Source of the DNA: an uncultured virus (IMG/VR IMGVR_UViG_3300031773_001380)
Taxonomy: Duplodnaviria; Heunggongvirae; Uroviricota; Caudoviricetes
Strand: one strand, 5' to 3'
DNA length: 64,000 bases
IMG/VR virus record: IMGVR_UViG_3300031773_001380
A program made the translations under genes and the position numbers. Under the pieces are notes generated by a model, which saw only the letters and a list, made by a program, of their open reading frames with translations, ran no database searches and was not told the DNA's origin. This document shows, in pieces, positions 56,314-64,000 of the stretch; position 1 is the first letter of the stretch, and each line of letters opens with the position of its first letter.

Positions 56314-58728
56314 TCACGCTACTAACTCTATGATTTGATTAAGGAAAACTCTTTGTGTTGATTTTCCTTTACTAAATTGTCTAAATCCACGGAGCAAATC
56401 GCCTTTTTTGTTGGATTTTACCACCAAATCAGTGTCTTTTATCTCTAATTCTCCCTTACCTTTAATAAGGAACCTAGCACTATATCCAAAGTCGTCTTCA
56501 ACTCTAGAAAACTTCTGTGCAAGTACCTGCTTCCATTCACTATCTGCATAACCTTCATGGTTCTTTTTGTTAACAAAGTTATTCTTGCTTTGCTCTCTTT
56601 CAAAACTATATCTAGAATTATCATCTAGTAAATGGAAGTTGATTAGAGTTGAACCAGTTACTTTCTTATAATATTCCAAAAGTAAAAGCATATTTTCTTG
56701 TCTATCATTTCTATAATAGTCGCTTGTATTAGATGGAATTGCGTAAGTTGCTGTTCCGTCTTTGATTACAAATTTGGAATCATATCTACGGTAGCCTCTC
56801 TCTGCTTCCTCTTGACTTGCAACCCAAGTAAGATCATCTGTTGGATCACCATCTGTTAAAACTATTGTAGTCAATTTTTCTACATTGTAATTCTTTTGGA
56901 ACCTTTTTGCTAACTCAGGAGCTAATGTCAATGCTGATACAAGTGGTGTACCACCTAGTCTAAAGTACCTGTTTTCAATTCTAGCATATACACCATCAGA
57001 TAAATCGTTGTAGTATCTCTGCTTTTCAAAACCTCTTTTCATCAACTGTAGGTATGCCATTGTGTCATTCCATTGAACATTATTACACTTAGAGCTAAGT
57101 AGGTGTGCAAAGCTAAAGTTACCTCTACCACCCTCTGCTGTAAGTTCATGTACCAATTGTTCTTTGGTTGTTTCTTTTATTTGGCCACAGTCACTAAAAC
57201 CATAAACATCAAAAGGAATATTAACTCTTCTGCAGAACATTGCCATCGTTTCCATTTGTTCTATTGTGCCTTTCATTTGTCTGTACATGCTACCTGACAT
57301 GTCTACAAACATTAGGACACCATGGTTCTTACCTTGTGGTAAGATTTGAGTCTGATGAAACATATCTTCAGTTAGTTTGTATGCCCAAAGTTTATCCTCA
57401 TTCAACTTACCTGTTTTAGAAATTTTAGATTTCTTAAATGCTACAGCTGCTTTTTTAAGTTCAAAAGTTTGAGCCATTGAATTAATTATAGACCTTTGCT
57501 TAGGTTCAAACTCTTTCCAAAGTTTATATCCATAGCCTTTAACATCTGTAATTTGCTCATCGTCCCAAGTATCATTTAAGGTATATTTAGTAAGTTCAAC
57601 ACATTCTTCCCAATTATATACTTCCTCCATTGGAACTACATAATCTGCTACTTCACCTTGGAATGGTTTAACATGAATCAACTCTTTAGAGTCTTGATCA
57701 ACTAAATCTTTCTCATTTTTTCTAAACTGTGAATCTGTAATTGAATGACCGTCGTTATCTAGATACTCTTGAAGTTCATCTAACTTTTCTTTTTCTTTCA
57801 TTTGATCTACAATGTCTTTAGCATCTGCTTTTTCTTCTTTGTGGATCTCTTCTTCTTTTTCTTCGATCTTACGTCTTTCTTCATAGTTCATTCCGTCATA
57901 TCGAGATTTCGATCTGTGTTCGTCGTTGCCTTCTTCATCAGTAAAGTCTGGTCTCTCATCACCTTCATCGTAGGCTTCATTCATTATCTTCTCCCTACGC
58001 TGTTCTTCTTTTTCAAACTCTTCAAGTTTTTCTGATTTTTGTTGTTCAAGATCTTCTTTGGCTTCGTCTCTTGCGTCTTGCCTTTCTTTTAACTGTTCTC
58101 TTCCTTCTTCAGTAAAAGGATGTGGCATGTTTTTTTCAATGAAATCTGAGAGGTCTTCTTGTCTTTCCTGCTGTTCCTGTTGATGATTTGTATAAAGTTC
58201 ATCAGCAAGTGCCATAACCTCTTCGAAGGTTTTAACATTACCAATTCTTTTTACTAAATCTTTTTCGTGGTCTGCAAAAGTAACACCAAGTAGATGACCT
58301 ACTTTATAATGTAAGTTCACTCTATCAATAAGTGGTAGTTGGGCAACGTCTAATTTACCAATACCAAAAAAGTCTTTGTCAAATAGTTCTTTGTAACCTT
58401 TATGGAAGGACTTAACTAAACCAGGGTATCTTGCTTTAACTGCTTTCTCAATACGAACATCTTCAACAACATTAAGGAATGCTTTTTTGTTCATGTCGTC
58501 AACTACAAAATCATGCCACCCTTCTTCAGGAGTTTCATGTGCGTGTCCTACTTCATGTCCAATAAACAGATCATATAAGTCTTTAGACATCTCCTTCCAA
58601 ACTGGAAGATATAACTGTCTGTTTTTGACATCAAATGCCGCTGTCTGCATTGTTTTATCATGAATGACTTCAATGTTTTCCGTTGCCAAACATTTTGCTA
58701 GTATTGATTGTGATTGTATCTGGTTCAT
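56314..58728 (-). CDS. HExxH + vWA domain protein (CobT-like partner of the AAA+ ATPase)
   Basis: HEVGH, NVVEDVRIE, acidic linker, DMSGS MIDAS, GGTPL and LTDG. Confidence 0.85.
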   Translation of the reverse strand: MNQIQSQSILAKCLATENIEVIHDKTMQTAAFDVKNRQLYLPVWKEMSKDLYDLFIGHEVGHAHETPEEGWHDFVVDDMNKKAFLNVVEDVRIEKAVKARYPGLVKSFHKGYKELFDKDFFGIGKLDVAQLPLIDRVNLHYKVGHLLGVTFADHEKDLVKRIGNVKTFEEVMALADELYTNHQQEQQERQEDLSDFIEKNMPHPFTEEGREQLKERQDARDEAKEDLEQQKSEKLEEFEKEEQRREKIMNEAYDEGDERPDFTDEEGNDEHRSKSRYDGMNYEERRKIEEKEEEIHKEEKADAKDIVDQMKEKEKLDELQEYLDNDGHSITDSQFRKNEKDLVDQDSKELIHVKPFQGEVADYVVPMEEVYNWEECVELTKYTLNDTWDDEQITDVKGYGYKLWKEFEPKQRSIINSMAQTFELKKAAVAFKKSKISKTGKLNEDKLWAYKLTEDMFHQTQILPQGKNHGVLMFVDMSGSMYRQMKGTIEQMETMAMFCRRVNIPFDVYGFSDCGQIKETTKEQLVHELTAEGGRGNFSFAHLLSSKCNNVQWNDTMAYLQLMKRGFEKQRYYNDLSDGVYARIENRYFRLGGTPLVSALTLAPELAKRFQKNYNVEKLTTIVLTDGDPTDDLTWVASQEEAERGYRRYDSKFVIKDGTATYAIPSNTSDYYRNDRQENMLLLLEYYKKVTGSTLINFHLLDDNSRYSFEREQSKNNFVNKKNHEGYADSEWKQVLAQKFSRVEDDFGYSARFLIKGKGELEIKDTDLVVKSNKKGDLLRGFRQFSKGKSTQRVFLNQIIELVA

Positions 58729-58750
58729 ATTTTATAAAAGTCCTTACATT

Positions 58751-58804
58751 TTTATTTAATATACATACATTATGCACTCTGGTGAACCAAGAGTCAAGCA
58801 TTTT
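58751..58804 (-). repeat. ~55-bp repeated early-promoter element, copy 3
   Basis: Core identical to copy 2. Confidence 0.8.
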
Positions 58805-58837
58805 TTTAAAAGATTTGAAATCTTTTTCTACAGAGAA

Positions 58838-60286
58838 TCAAAGACTTAGGAGTCTAGACTTATAAAAATCGAATTTTTCTTGCTCTCTTCTGATGATTTC
58901 TGTGTCCAAAACGTCATTTGGATACCCTAATGAGGTTTTCTTGAATTGTTCTGCACTAAACCCTAAGTTCTGGAACCTATTAAAGAAGGTCCAAGCACCG
59001 CGTTTTAAGGGTTCTCCTTTAGCAAAGTCTAACTGTAATTCAGTTGCCAATGCTGTAGCTTCTTCCCTTGTAAACCCATCATTTCGTTTCCATCCACCCT
59101 GTCCATCTAATTCATATCCATATTGTCCTGGATTCTGAGACATTAGACTGCCATCATGTGGGTGTATGTATAGTGGGTGATATGAAACTACGTCTACGGG
59201 GCAGTCTGGCTGCATTAACCACTCGTTATTAGCTCGTAATGTATCAGGTGTATCATGTGGTAATCCAACAATTAAACCTGTAAGAATAATCATCTCAGGA
59301 CATTCCTCTCGTAATCTTATAAGACCTTCTTTAAGTTTCTCACCTGGCATACCTTTACCAATTGATTTACCTGATGCTGTATTAAAGGATTCAACACCAA
59401 AAAATACACTTCTAAGACCACTTTCATATAATTGTTTTGCTGTCTCCCAATGAGATACTATTAAATCTAATCTAGCAAAACTACTGAACTCAATATTGAA
59501 ATCCATTTTCATAAATTCCTCATGGAACCTTGATACTTTTTCTGGACTATCATTATATGTATCATCACAGAACATAAATCCTGTACTACCAAATCTATTC
59601 CTGGCATCTTCTATTTCTTTTTTAACTAATTCAGGAACCCTGTTGAACTCCCATATCTTTTTACCATTAAGATCATAACTACAATAGCTACATTTGAATA
59701 TGCAACCTCTAGCAATTTCTATAGGTAAGTGTTCATTAGGAAATATTAAATCATCATCGTCCCATAATATAGAACATGTTGAAAATCTTTCATACCCTAA
59801 GTTTAATGTTCTTTTAGAAGGTCTTTTCTCTTCTATTTCTTTTGTGATTTGTAGAACACTTTCCTCACCTTGGCCTTTTATTATAATATCAAATGATTTA
59901 TCATCAGGTCTTATATGGTTTGCTTTGTGTCCTCCTGCTACAATTTTACAATCAGGATTGATTGATCTTATTTCATCTACTAATTCTTGCCAATCATCTC
60001 TTCCTGTAACAGTCATCTGTGCAGTAAAAATATTCGTTCTATTTTTACCTGTTTGGAGCATTCTATCATACTCCAGAAAAGTTGTACTAAGACCAACCCA
60101 TAAAGTATTCTTACCAACAAATTTTTTAATTATGCCTATAAGTTCTTCTGTTGACCACTTAGTAAAGTATTCTATAACCTGTACTTTATATCCATTAGCC
60201 CTGAGCTCAGATGCTATACGATATGTCCCAGCATATCTTCCAAAACCGGGACTACATATATCTGTGAATAGTATTATATCAGGCAT
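58838..60286 (-). CDS. B12-binding-domain radical SAM protein
   Basis: EIARGCIFKCSYC, DDTYN, FFGVESF and IVGLPHD; paralog of 249..1868. Confidence 0.85.
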   Translation of the reverse strand: MPDIILFTDICSPGFGRYAGTYRIASELRANGYKVQVIEYFTKWSTEELIGIIKKFVGKNTLWVGLSTTFLEYDRMLQTGKNRTNIFTAQMTVTGRDDWQELVDEIRSINPDCKIVAGGHKANHIRPDDKSFDIIIKGQGEESVLQITKEIEEKRPSKRTLNLGYERFSTCSILWDDDDLIFPNEHLPIEIARGCIFKCSYCSYDLNGKKIWEFNRVPELVKKEIEDARNRFGSTGFMFCDDTYNDSPEKVSRFHEEFMKMDFNIEFSSFARLDLIVSHWETAKQLYESGLRSVFFGVESFNTASGKSIGKGMPGEKLKEGLIRLREECPEMIILTGLIVGLPHDTPDTLRANNEWLMQPDCPVDVVSYHPLYIHPHDGSLMSQNPGQYGYELDGQGGWKRNDGFTREEATALATELQLDFAKGEPLKRGAWTFFNRFQNLGFSAEQFKKTSLGYPNDVLDTEIIRREQEKFDFYKSRLLSL

Positions 60287-60294
60287 CTCATCAG

Positions 60295-60302
60295 TATTTA
60301 TA
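60295..60302 (-). promoter_or_regulatory. T4-type late promoter TATAAATA
   Basis: Exact box 8 nt before ATG; contains the receptor stop codon. Confidence 0.7.
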
Positions 60303-61869
60303 TACTGATGTCGAGACTAAGAGTTACTTCTCTACCACCTGCGCTGTAGCCAGGTAGTATCTCGAAATTCCTGTTAAAAATGTCTCTAATTTGGAAGCCT
60401 ATACGATATCTAGGTGTTAGATAGTATCCAGCATTAAAATTAAAACTTGATACATTATCAATAGGACTGCCATCAAAGTCATTACCCTTATCAAACTGGC
60501 CTACATACGATATTAGATAGTCCCAACCAGGCAATGGTGAGCCTCCATACCAAGATATTTTAGTTTTATATTTGGCATTTCGTATTCTGTCTGAATCTGT
60601 ATATTTAACCATGATATGTAATGCACCGTCAGACATAAGCAAATGTTTCTGATACTTTATACCTTTGGATTCATATCCTCCTGAATTGATATACATATTA
60701 TCCTGGAAATTATAATCAATACTTTCATCAAATCGATAGAACCATGTAGTAAAATCTGCCCATGATAATTGTAAACCTTCTCCTCTCTCAGGTTGTAAGT
60801 TAGGATTTCCTTTAACCCAATCATCACCATATCTCTCATATAAATTTGGTGCTCTAAAACTATTTGATATAGCCCACTTAACACGAACAAGATCAAAGCC
60901 AGCTCTTATTGTTACCCTATCCTCTTCATACCTAGCTCCAAAAGCAAATTGTTTCTGTGTATAATTTAAATAGGTTGCTAACCTCTGATCCCACGCACCA
61001 TTATATTCTTCTCTGTGTTGTTGTGCGCCTAGTAATAGGCCAGGTTTTACTTCTTTATTAGCATCAATAAAATATCTTTCACTAATTGCATTCCAACCTG
61101 AATTGTGTTTAACATTATTACGACTATATCCTAGTGTAAGCCAATCACCTCTGATTGATGTGTCATACTTTCGTCCTTTCTGTGTGCATTTATGTTTATC
61201 GCTTTGTTTAACTATCGTTACATAATCATTACAACCATCATAATCATATTTGTAATCTTGCATTACTGAAATTACTTTCCATTGTTTCCATTCAGTTTTA
61301 GTTTTTAATGTAGTGTTCTCAAACCAATCCTCTTCATCGTTATCTGTTTTAACAGAACCATTAGAACCTTTATATCTAGAAACTTGAAACCAATCTGTTC
61401 CACCTATTATATAATTAAGTTTCTCTCCACCCTTATAGAAAAATTCTTTTTCAAAATTGTCCTCTATAAGTATAGTCCCTGCCATTGAAGAACTACCATA
61501 TAAAGAACTATTAGGTCCATGAATTGTTCTATATGATTGGAATGAAGGTAGATCAGTTCCAAAATCATACCACCCAGAGCCAGGATCATTAACAGGTATT
61601 CCGTTCCTATAGACTGCTGTATGTTTTACATCAGTTCCATTTGGACCATGTCCTGCAAATCCACCATTGCCACCTGGTTGATATATTTTAGTTGAATCTA
61701 ATCCTTCCATGACTGAATTGTCATATTCAGGTTGTGAATATCCTATGGATTCCTTTGCTCCAACTACTATTACTTCTTCTATGTCTGATGCTAGAACTTT
61801 TACAGAACACATCAGCACGAAAAGTATGACCGCAAAGTGCAGAACATACTTGTACATTATTTCTTTCAT
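60298..61869 (-). CDS. TonB-dependent outer-membrane receptor (BtuB-like)
   Basis: Signal peptide; TonB box EEVIVVG; plug GPNSSLYGSSSMAGTI; SFRAPNLYERY; GNPNLQPE; C-terminal GYSAGGRE. Confidence 0.8.
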   Translation of the reverse strand: MKEIMYKYVLHFAVILFVLMCSVKVLASDIEEVIVVGAKESIGYSQPEYDNSVMEGLDSTKIYQPGGNGGFAGHGPNGTDVKHTAVYRNGIPVNDPGSGWYDFGTDLPSFQSYRTIHGPNSSLYGSSSMAGTILIEDNFEKEFFYKGGEKLNYIIGGTDWFQVSRYKGSNGSVKTDNDEEDWFENTTLKTKTEWKQWKVISVMQDYKYDYDGCNDYVTIVKQSDKHKCTQKGRKYDTSIRGDWLTLGYSRNNVKHNSGWNAISERYFIDANKEVKPGLLLGAQQHREEYNGAWDQRLATYLNYTQKQFAFGARYEEDRVTIRAGFDLVRVKWAISNSFRAPNLYERYGDDWVKGNPNLQPERGEGLQLSWADFTTWFYRFDESIDYNFQDNMYINSGGYESKGIKYQKHLLMSDGALHIMVKYTDSDRIRNAKYKTKISWYGGSPLPGWDYLISYVGQFDKGNDFDGSPIDNVSSFNFNAGYYLTPRYRIGFQIRDIFNRNFEILPGYSAGGREVTLSLDISI

Positions 61870-61883
61870 AATTTACTTAAAAT

Positions 61884-62465
61884 TTATTTGTTATATAAAT
61901 CTGCAACTTCCATGCAGCCCCTAATCCCAACTGGAACATAACCTGAATGTCCACAAGGATAAGTGTAGCGTTCTACCAATGCTCGGTGATCGCCACTCCT
62001 TCTTTTACCATGAACCCTATTTACATATGGTTGAGCATAAGAACCCAAATTTAACATTCGGTCTATCTCCATGTAATTAAACCCAGAGTCTTTCATATAA
62101 CCTATATCAATATCTCTACACCTAGGTAGCTCTGTATTAGGGTTTACATACCAACAATAATCTTCCCTAACTCTAGGTAAACTTACTCTTGGTTCAATTA
62201 TAGTTCCGTCAGGTAATATCAATATACTTGGTTGGTAATAGTGTCTGTAATTACCACCCCTACGTCTTGATTCATACCCACCGTAACTATCATAGCGTTC
62301 GCTGTAATAAGGATCTCTGTGGTCTTTATCTTTTTGGATTTCGGAACCTAAGATTCCACCAAAGATAATACCAGCAATCACATCACTTGTATCTGCTGCC
62401 TTTGCAGGGGTGGCAATAAATATTGCTCCTAAAATAACCCCTATTACTATTAATCGTTTTTTCAT
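61884..62465 (-). CDS. secreted hypothetical protein
   Basis: Signal peptide ending AKA; glycine-zipper-like IAGIIFGGILG. Confidence 0.55.
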   Translation of the reverse strand: MKKRLIVIGVILGAIFIATPAKAADTSDVIAGIIFGGILGSEIQKDKDHRDPYYSERYDSYGGYESRRRGGNYRHYYQPSILILPDGTIIEPRVSLPRVREDYCWYVNPNTELPRCRDIDIGYMKDSGFNYMEIDRMLNLGSYAQPYVNRVHGKRRSGDHRALVERYTYPCGHSGYVPVGIRGCMEVADLYNK

Positions 62466-62507
62466 CAGTACCTCCACTAACTATATATACACTAATTAAA
62501 GCACATT

Positions 62508-63116
62508 TTAAGCCTTTTGTCTACCTTTTCCTTGCTCTTTTGGTCCTTTAGATCTTTTGACTTTTTTGTTTCGTTTCTCTAATCTTTGGTGTACTTCATC
62601 AGGAGTCATCCAAAAGTCTTTGCCATCTATCATTTGTTTTAGCTCTTGTGGAGTTAGAAAGTCTCCATATACAGAGCGAAATAGATTCCTTGCCCATTTA
62701 TCATCTGCTTGTACACCTGCTAATTGCTCGTTACCCTTGCCCCAATTGCCTGAACTATATGTATGGAACATGAAATGACTATGTTCAGACATCTCACATA
62801 TCTCAGCACTTAAAAATATTAATGTTGCTGCTGACATACACATACCTTCTACAGATGCAATTGTTGCTGCAGGACTTTCTGCAATTGCTTTCATTAATTG
62901 TATGCAGGTAAACATATCACCGCCACTAGAATTAATGTGTATAATAACAGCATCGTTCTCGGTAGACATTCTTAGTATCTGATTCCAATCTTGATACTCT
63001 TTTGCCTCCCCTATATGTCCTGTTAAGTAGAGATCAAATACACGGGCAACTGGCCTTTCGTAAGCGTTGCCCGTGGGTTGATTATTTATTGGTTTTGTTG
63101 GACTAGATTCGCTCAT
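62508..63116 (-). CDS. ClpP-like protease
   Basis: HINSSGG, CMSAAT, FMFH and DFWMT. Confidence 0.85.
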   Translation of the reverse strand: MSESSPTKPINNQPTGNAYERPVARVFDLYLTGHIGEAKEYQDWNQILRMSTENDAVIIHINSSGGDMFTCIQLMKAIAESPAATIASVEGMCMSAATLIFLSAEICEMSEHSHFMFHTYSSGNWGKGNEQLAGVQADDKWARNLFRSVYGDFLTPQELKQMIDGKDFWMTPDEVHQRLEKRNKKVKRSKGPKEQGKGRQKA

Positions 63117-63453
63117 AATATCTCGTTACCGCCTTTATTTTTTCAACTTGTTTATCAATTATTGCCGTTCTATTAGGCCAATGTATATATTCCTTCTCAG
63201 GATTTTTCTGCAAGTTAAACAGTAAAGGTAGTATGAGATCTTCTACATCACGAAGTTTAGTTGCCACATCAGATTCAATTAGAGCTCTGTGCTCATTAAT
63301 CATTCCGGAGTTATCAGCTGTCAGTATCTTGGCTTCTAGCTGCTGTAATTTATCCATTATCTTATCTTCATCAACGGACGGAGCTACTTGTTGAGTTGCC
63401 GGTTGGTCCGGTTCGTCAACTGCCGTAAAACCAAAATCAAATTCTTCTGCCAT
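63103..63453 (-). CDS. conserved hypothetical phage protein
   Basis: FDFGFTAVDE...ILPLLFNLQKNPEKEYIHWPNR. Confidence 0.65.
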   Translation of the reverse strand: MAEEFDFGFTAVDEPDQPATQQVAPSVDEDKIMDKLQQLEAKILTADNSGMINEHRALIESDVATKLRDVEDLILPLLFNLQKNPEKEYIHWPNRTAIIDKQVEKIKAVTRYYERI

Positions 63454-63475
63454 AGTGTTTTCCTCCTACTACTAT

Positions 63476-64000
63476 TTATGCCTGTTTGAGATGTTTCTGT
63501 TGTCTTTGGTACTTCTTTATTTTTTTCTCTATAGATTTAAAAGCACGCTCTAGTTTAAGTTTTGATACTCTTTGGGTCATGTTTTGGCCAACCATATGAT
63601 CGTATTCGTGTAGTATAACCCTTGCACCTATCCCTTCATATGTTTCTGTCTTCTCTTCACCCTCAGAAGTATGATACATTATTGTACATTGTTTAGGTCT
63701 TTTTACCATTAGCCACAAACCTGGAAATGATAAACAACCTTCTTTCATAACTTCCTCTTCATCACTAACTGCTATTAATAGTGGATTGAAAAATGCTTTT
63801 TGCATGCCTTCAGGTTTGCCATCTCCAATAACAAAACATGCTTTGTCTATACCTACTTGGTTTGCAGACAAACCTACACCACCAAACTTTTGCATTGCTT
63901 GTAATAGGCCAAATTTAATAGCTTTTAAATCATCCTTTTCTAAGTCCACTTGCTGTGGAGATTCTTTTAATGCTGGAGATGTAAAAGGTATTAACTCTAA
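63476..64000 (-). CDS. def: peptide deformylase (5' end beyond window)
   Basis: GVGLSANQ, EGCLS and HEYDH; frame open to window edge. Confidence 0.9.
   Translation of the reverse strand, partial: LELIPFTSPALKESPQQVDLEKDDLKAIKFGLLQAMQKFGGVGLSANQVGIDKACFVIGDGKPEGMQKAFFNPLLIAVSDEEEVMKEGCLSFPGLWLMVKRPKQCTIMYHTSEGEEKTETYEGIGARVILHEYDHMVGQNMTQRVSKLKLERAFKSIEKKIKKYQRQQKHLKQA

Noticed and set aside
55032..58728. Cobalamin biosynthesis (cobS/cobT cobaltochelatase)
   Set aside because: No cobN or other cob genes are present; the motifs fit a generic MoxR AAA+/vWA pair
37679..58804. CRISPR array or IS terminal repeats
   Set aside because: The repeats are kilobases apart, have promoter architecture, and no cas or transposase genes are present
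61870..61900. Cobalamin riboswitch upstream of the BtuB-like gene
   Set aside because: The intergenic gap is only about 14 nt
712..62778. Numerous short plus-strand ORFs in the track
   Set aside because: They are antisense shadows of well-supported minus-strand genes and lack motifs; only 6184..8159 is credible on the plus strand
1..64000. Stop-codon reassignment
   Set aside because: Core genes are full length under the standard code and TAA, TAG and TGA all terminate genes; the one interruption at 29586 changes frame rather than reading through

Overview
AT-rich 64 kb segment of a large T4-like (myovirus-type) dsDNA phage genome, probably aquatic and infecting a Gram-negative bacterium (it has an i/o-spanin pair, a porin and a TonB-dependent receptor). 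Nearly all genes are on the minus strand. It holds the T4-type replication core (gp43, gp41, gp61, gp44/62, gp45, UvsX, RNase H, RegA), nucleotide metabolism (NrdA/B, ThyX) and a late block of putative head/virion and lysis genes. Many accessory enzymes are interspersed: two B12-binding and two SPASM/twitch radical SAMs, a carbamoyltransferase, QueC-like, SGNH-like, 2OG-Fe(II), diiron and SET proteins, sugar enzymes, Hsp20, ClpP, PDF and a peroxiredoxin. The main observations outside the ORF track are: (1) a start-less 232-codon open frame joined to the upstream gene by an A9 slippery run (candidate -1 recoding, or an assembly indel); (2) His-rich ligase-like/nucleotidyltransferase proteins and cleavable polyproteins with T4 capsid-targeting-like motifs; (3) a structured ~170-nt leader with a pseudoknot/anti-SD switch; (4) a ROSE-like thermometer on hsp20; (5) ten sigma70-type promoters sharing a spacer motif; (6) leaderless TATAAATA late promoters; (7) a BtuB-like receptor next to a B12 radical SAM. 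No tRNA, rRNA or CRISPR array was recognised. All family assignments come from motif recognition, not database searches.
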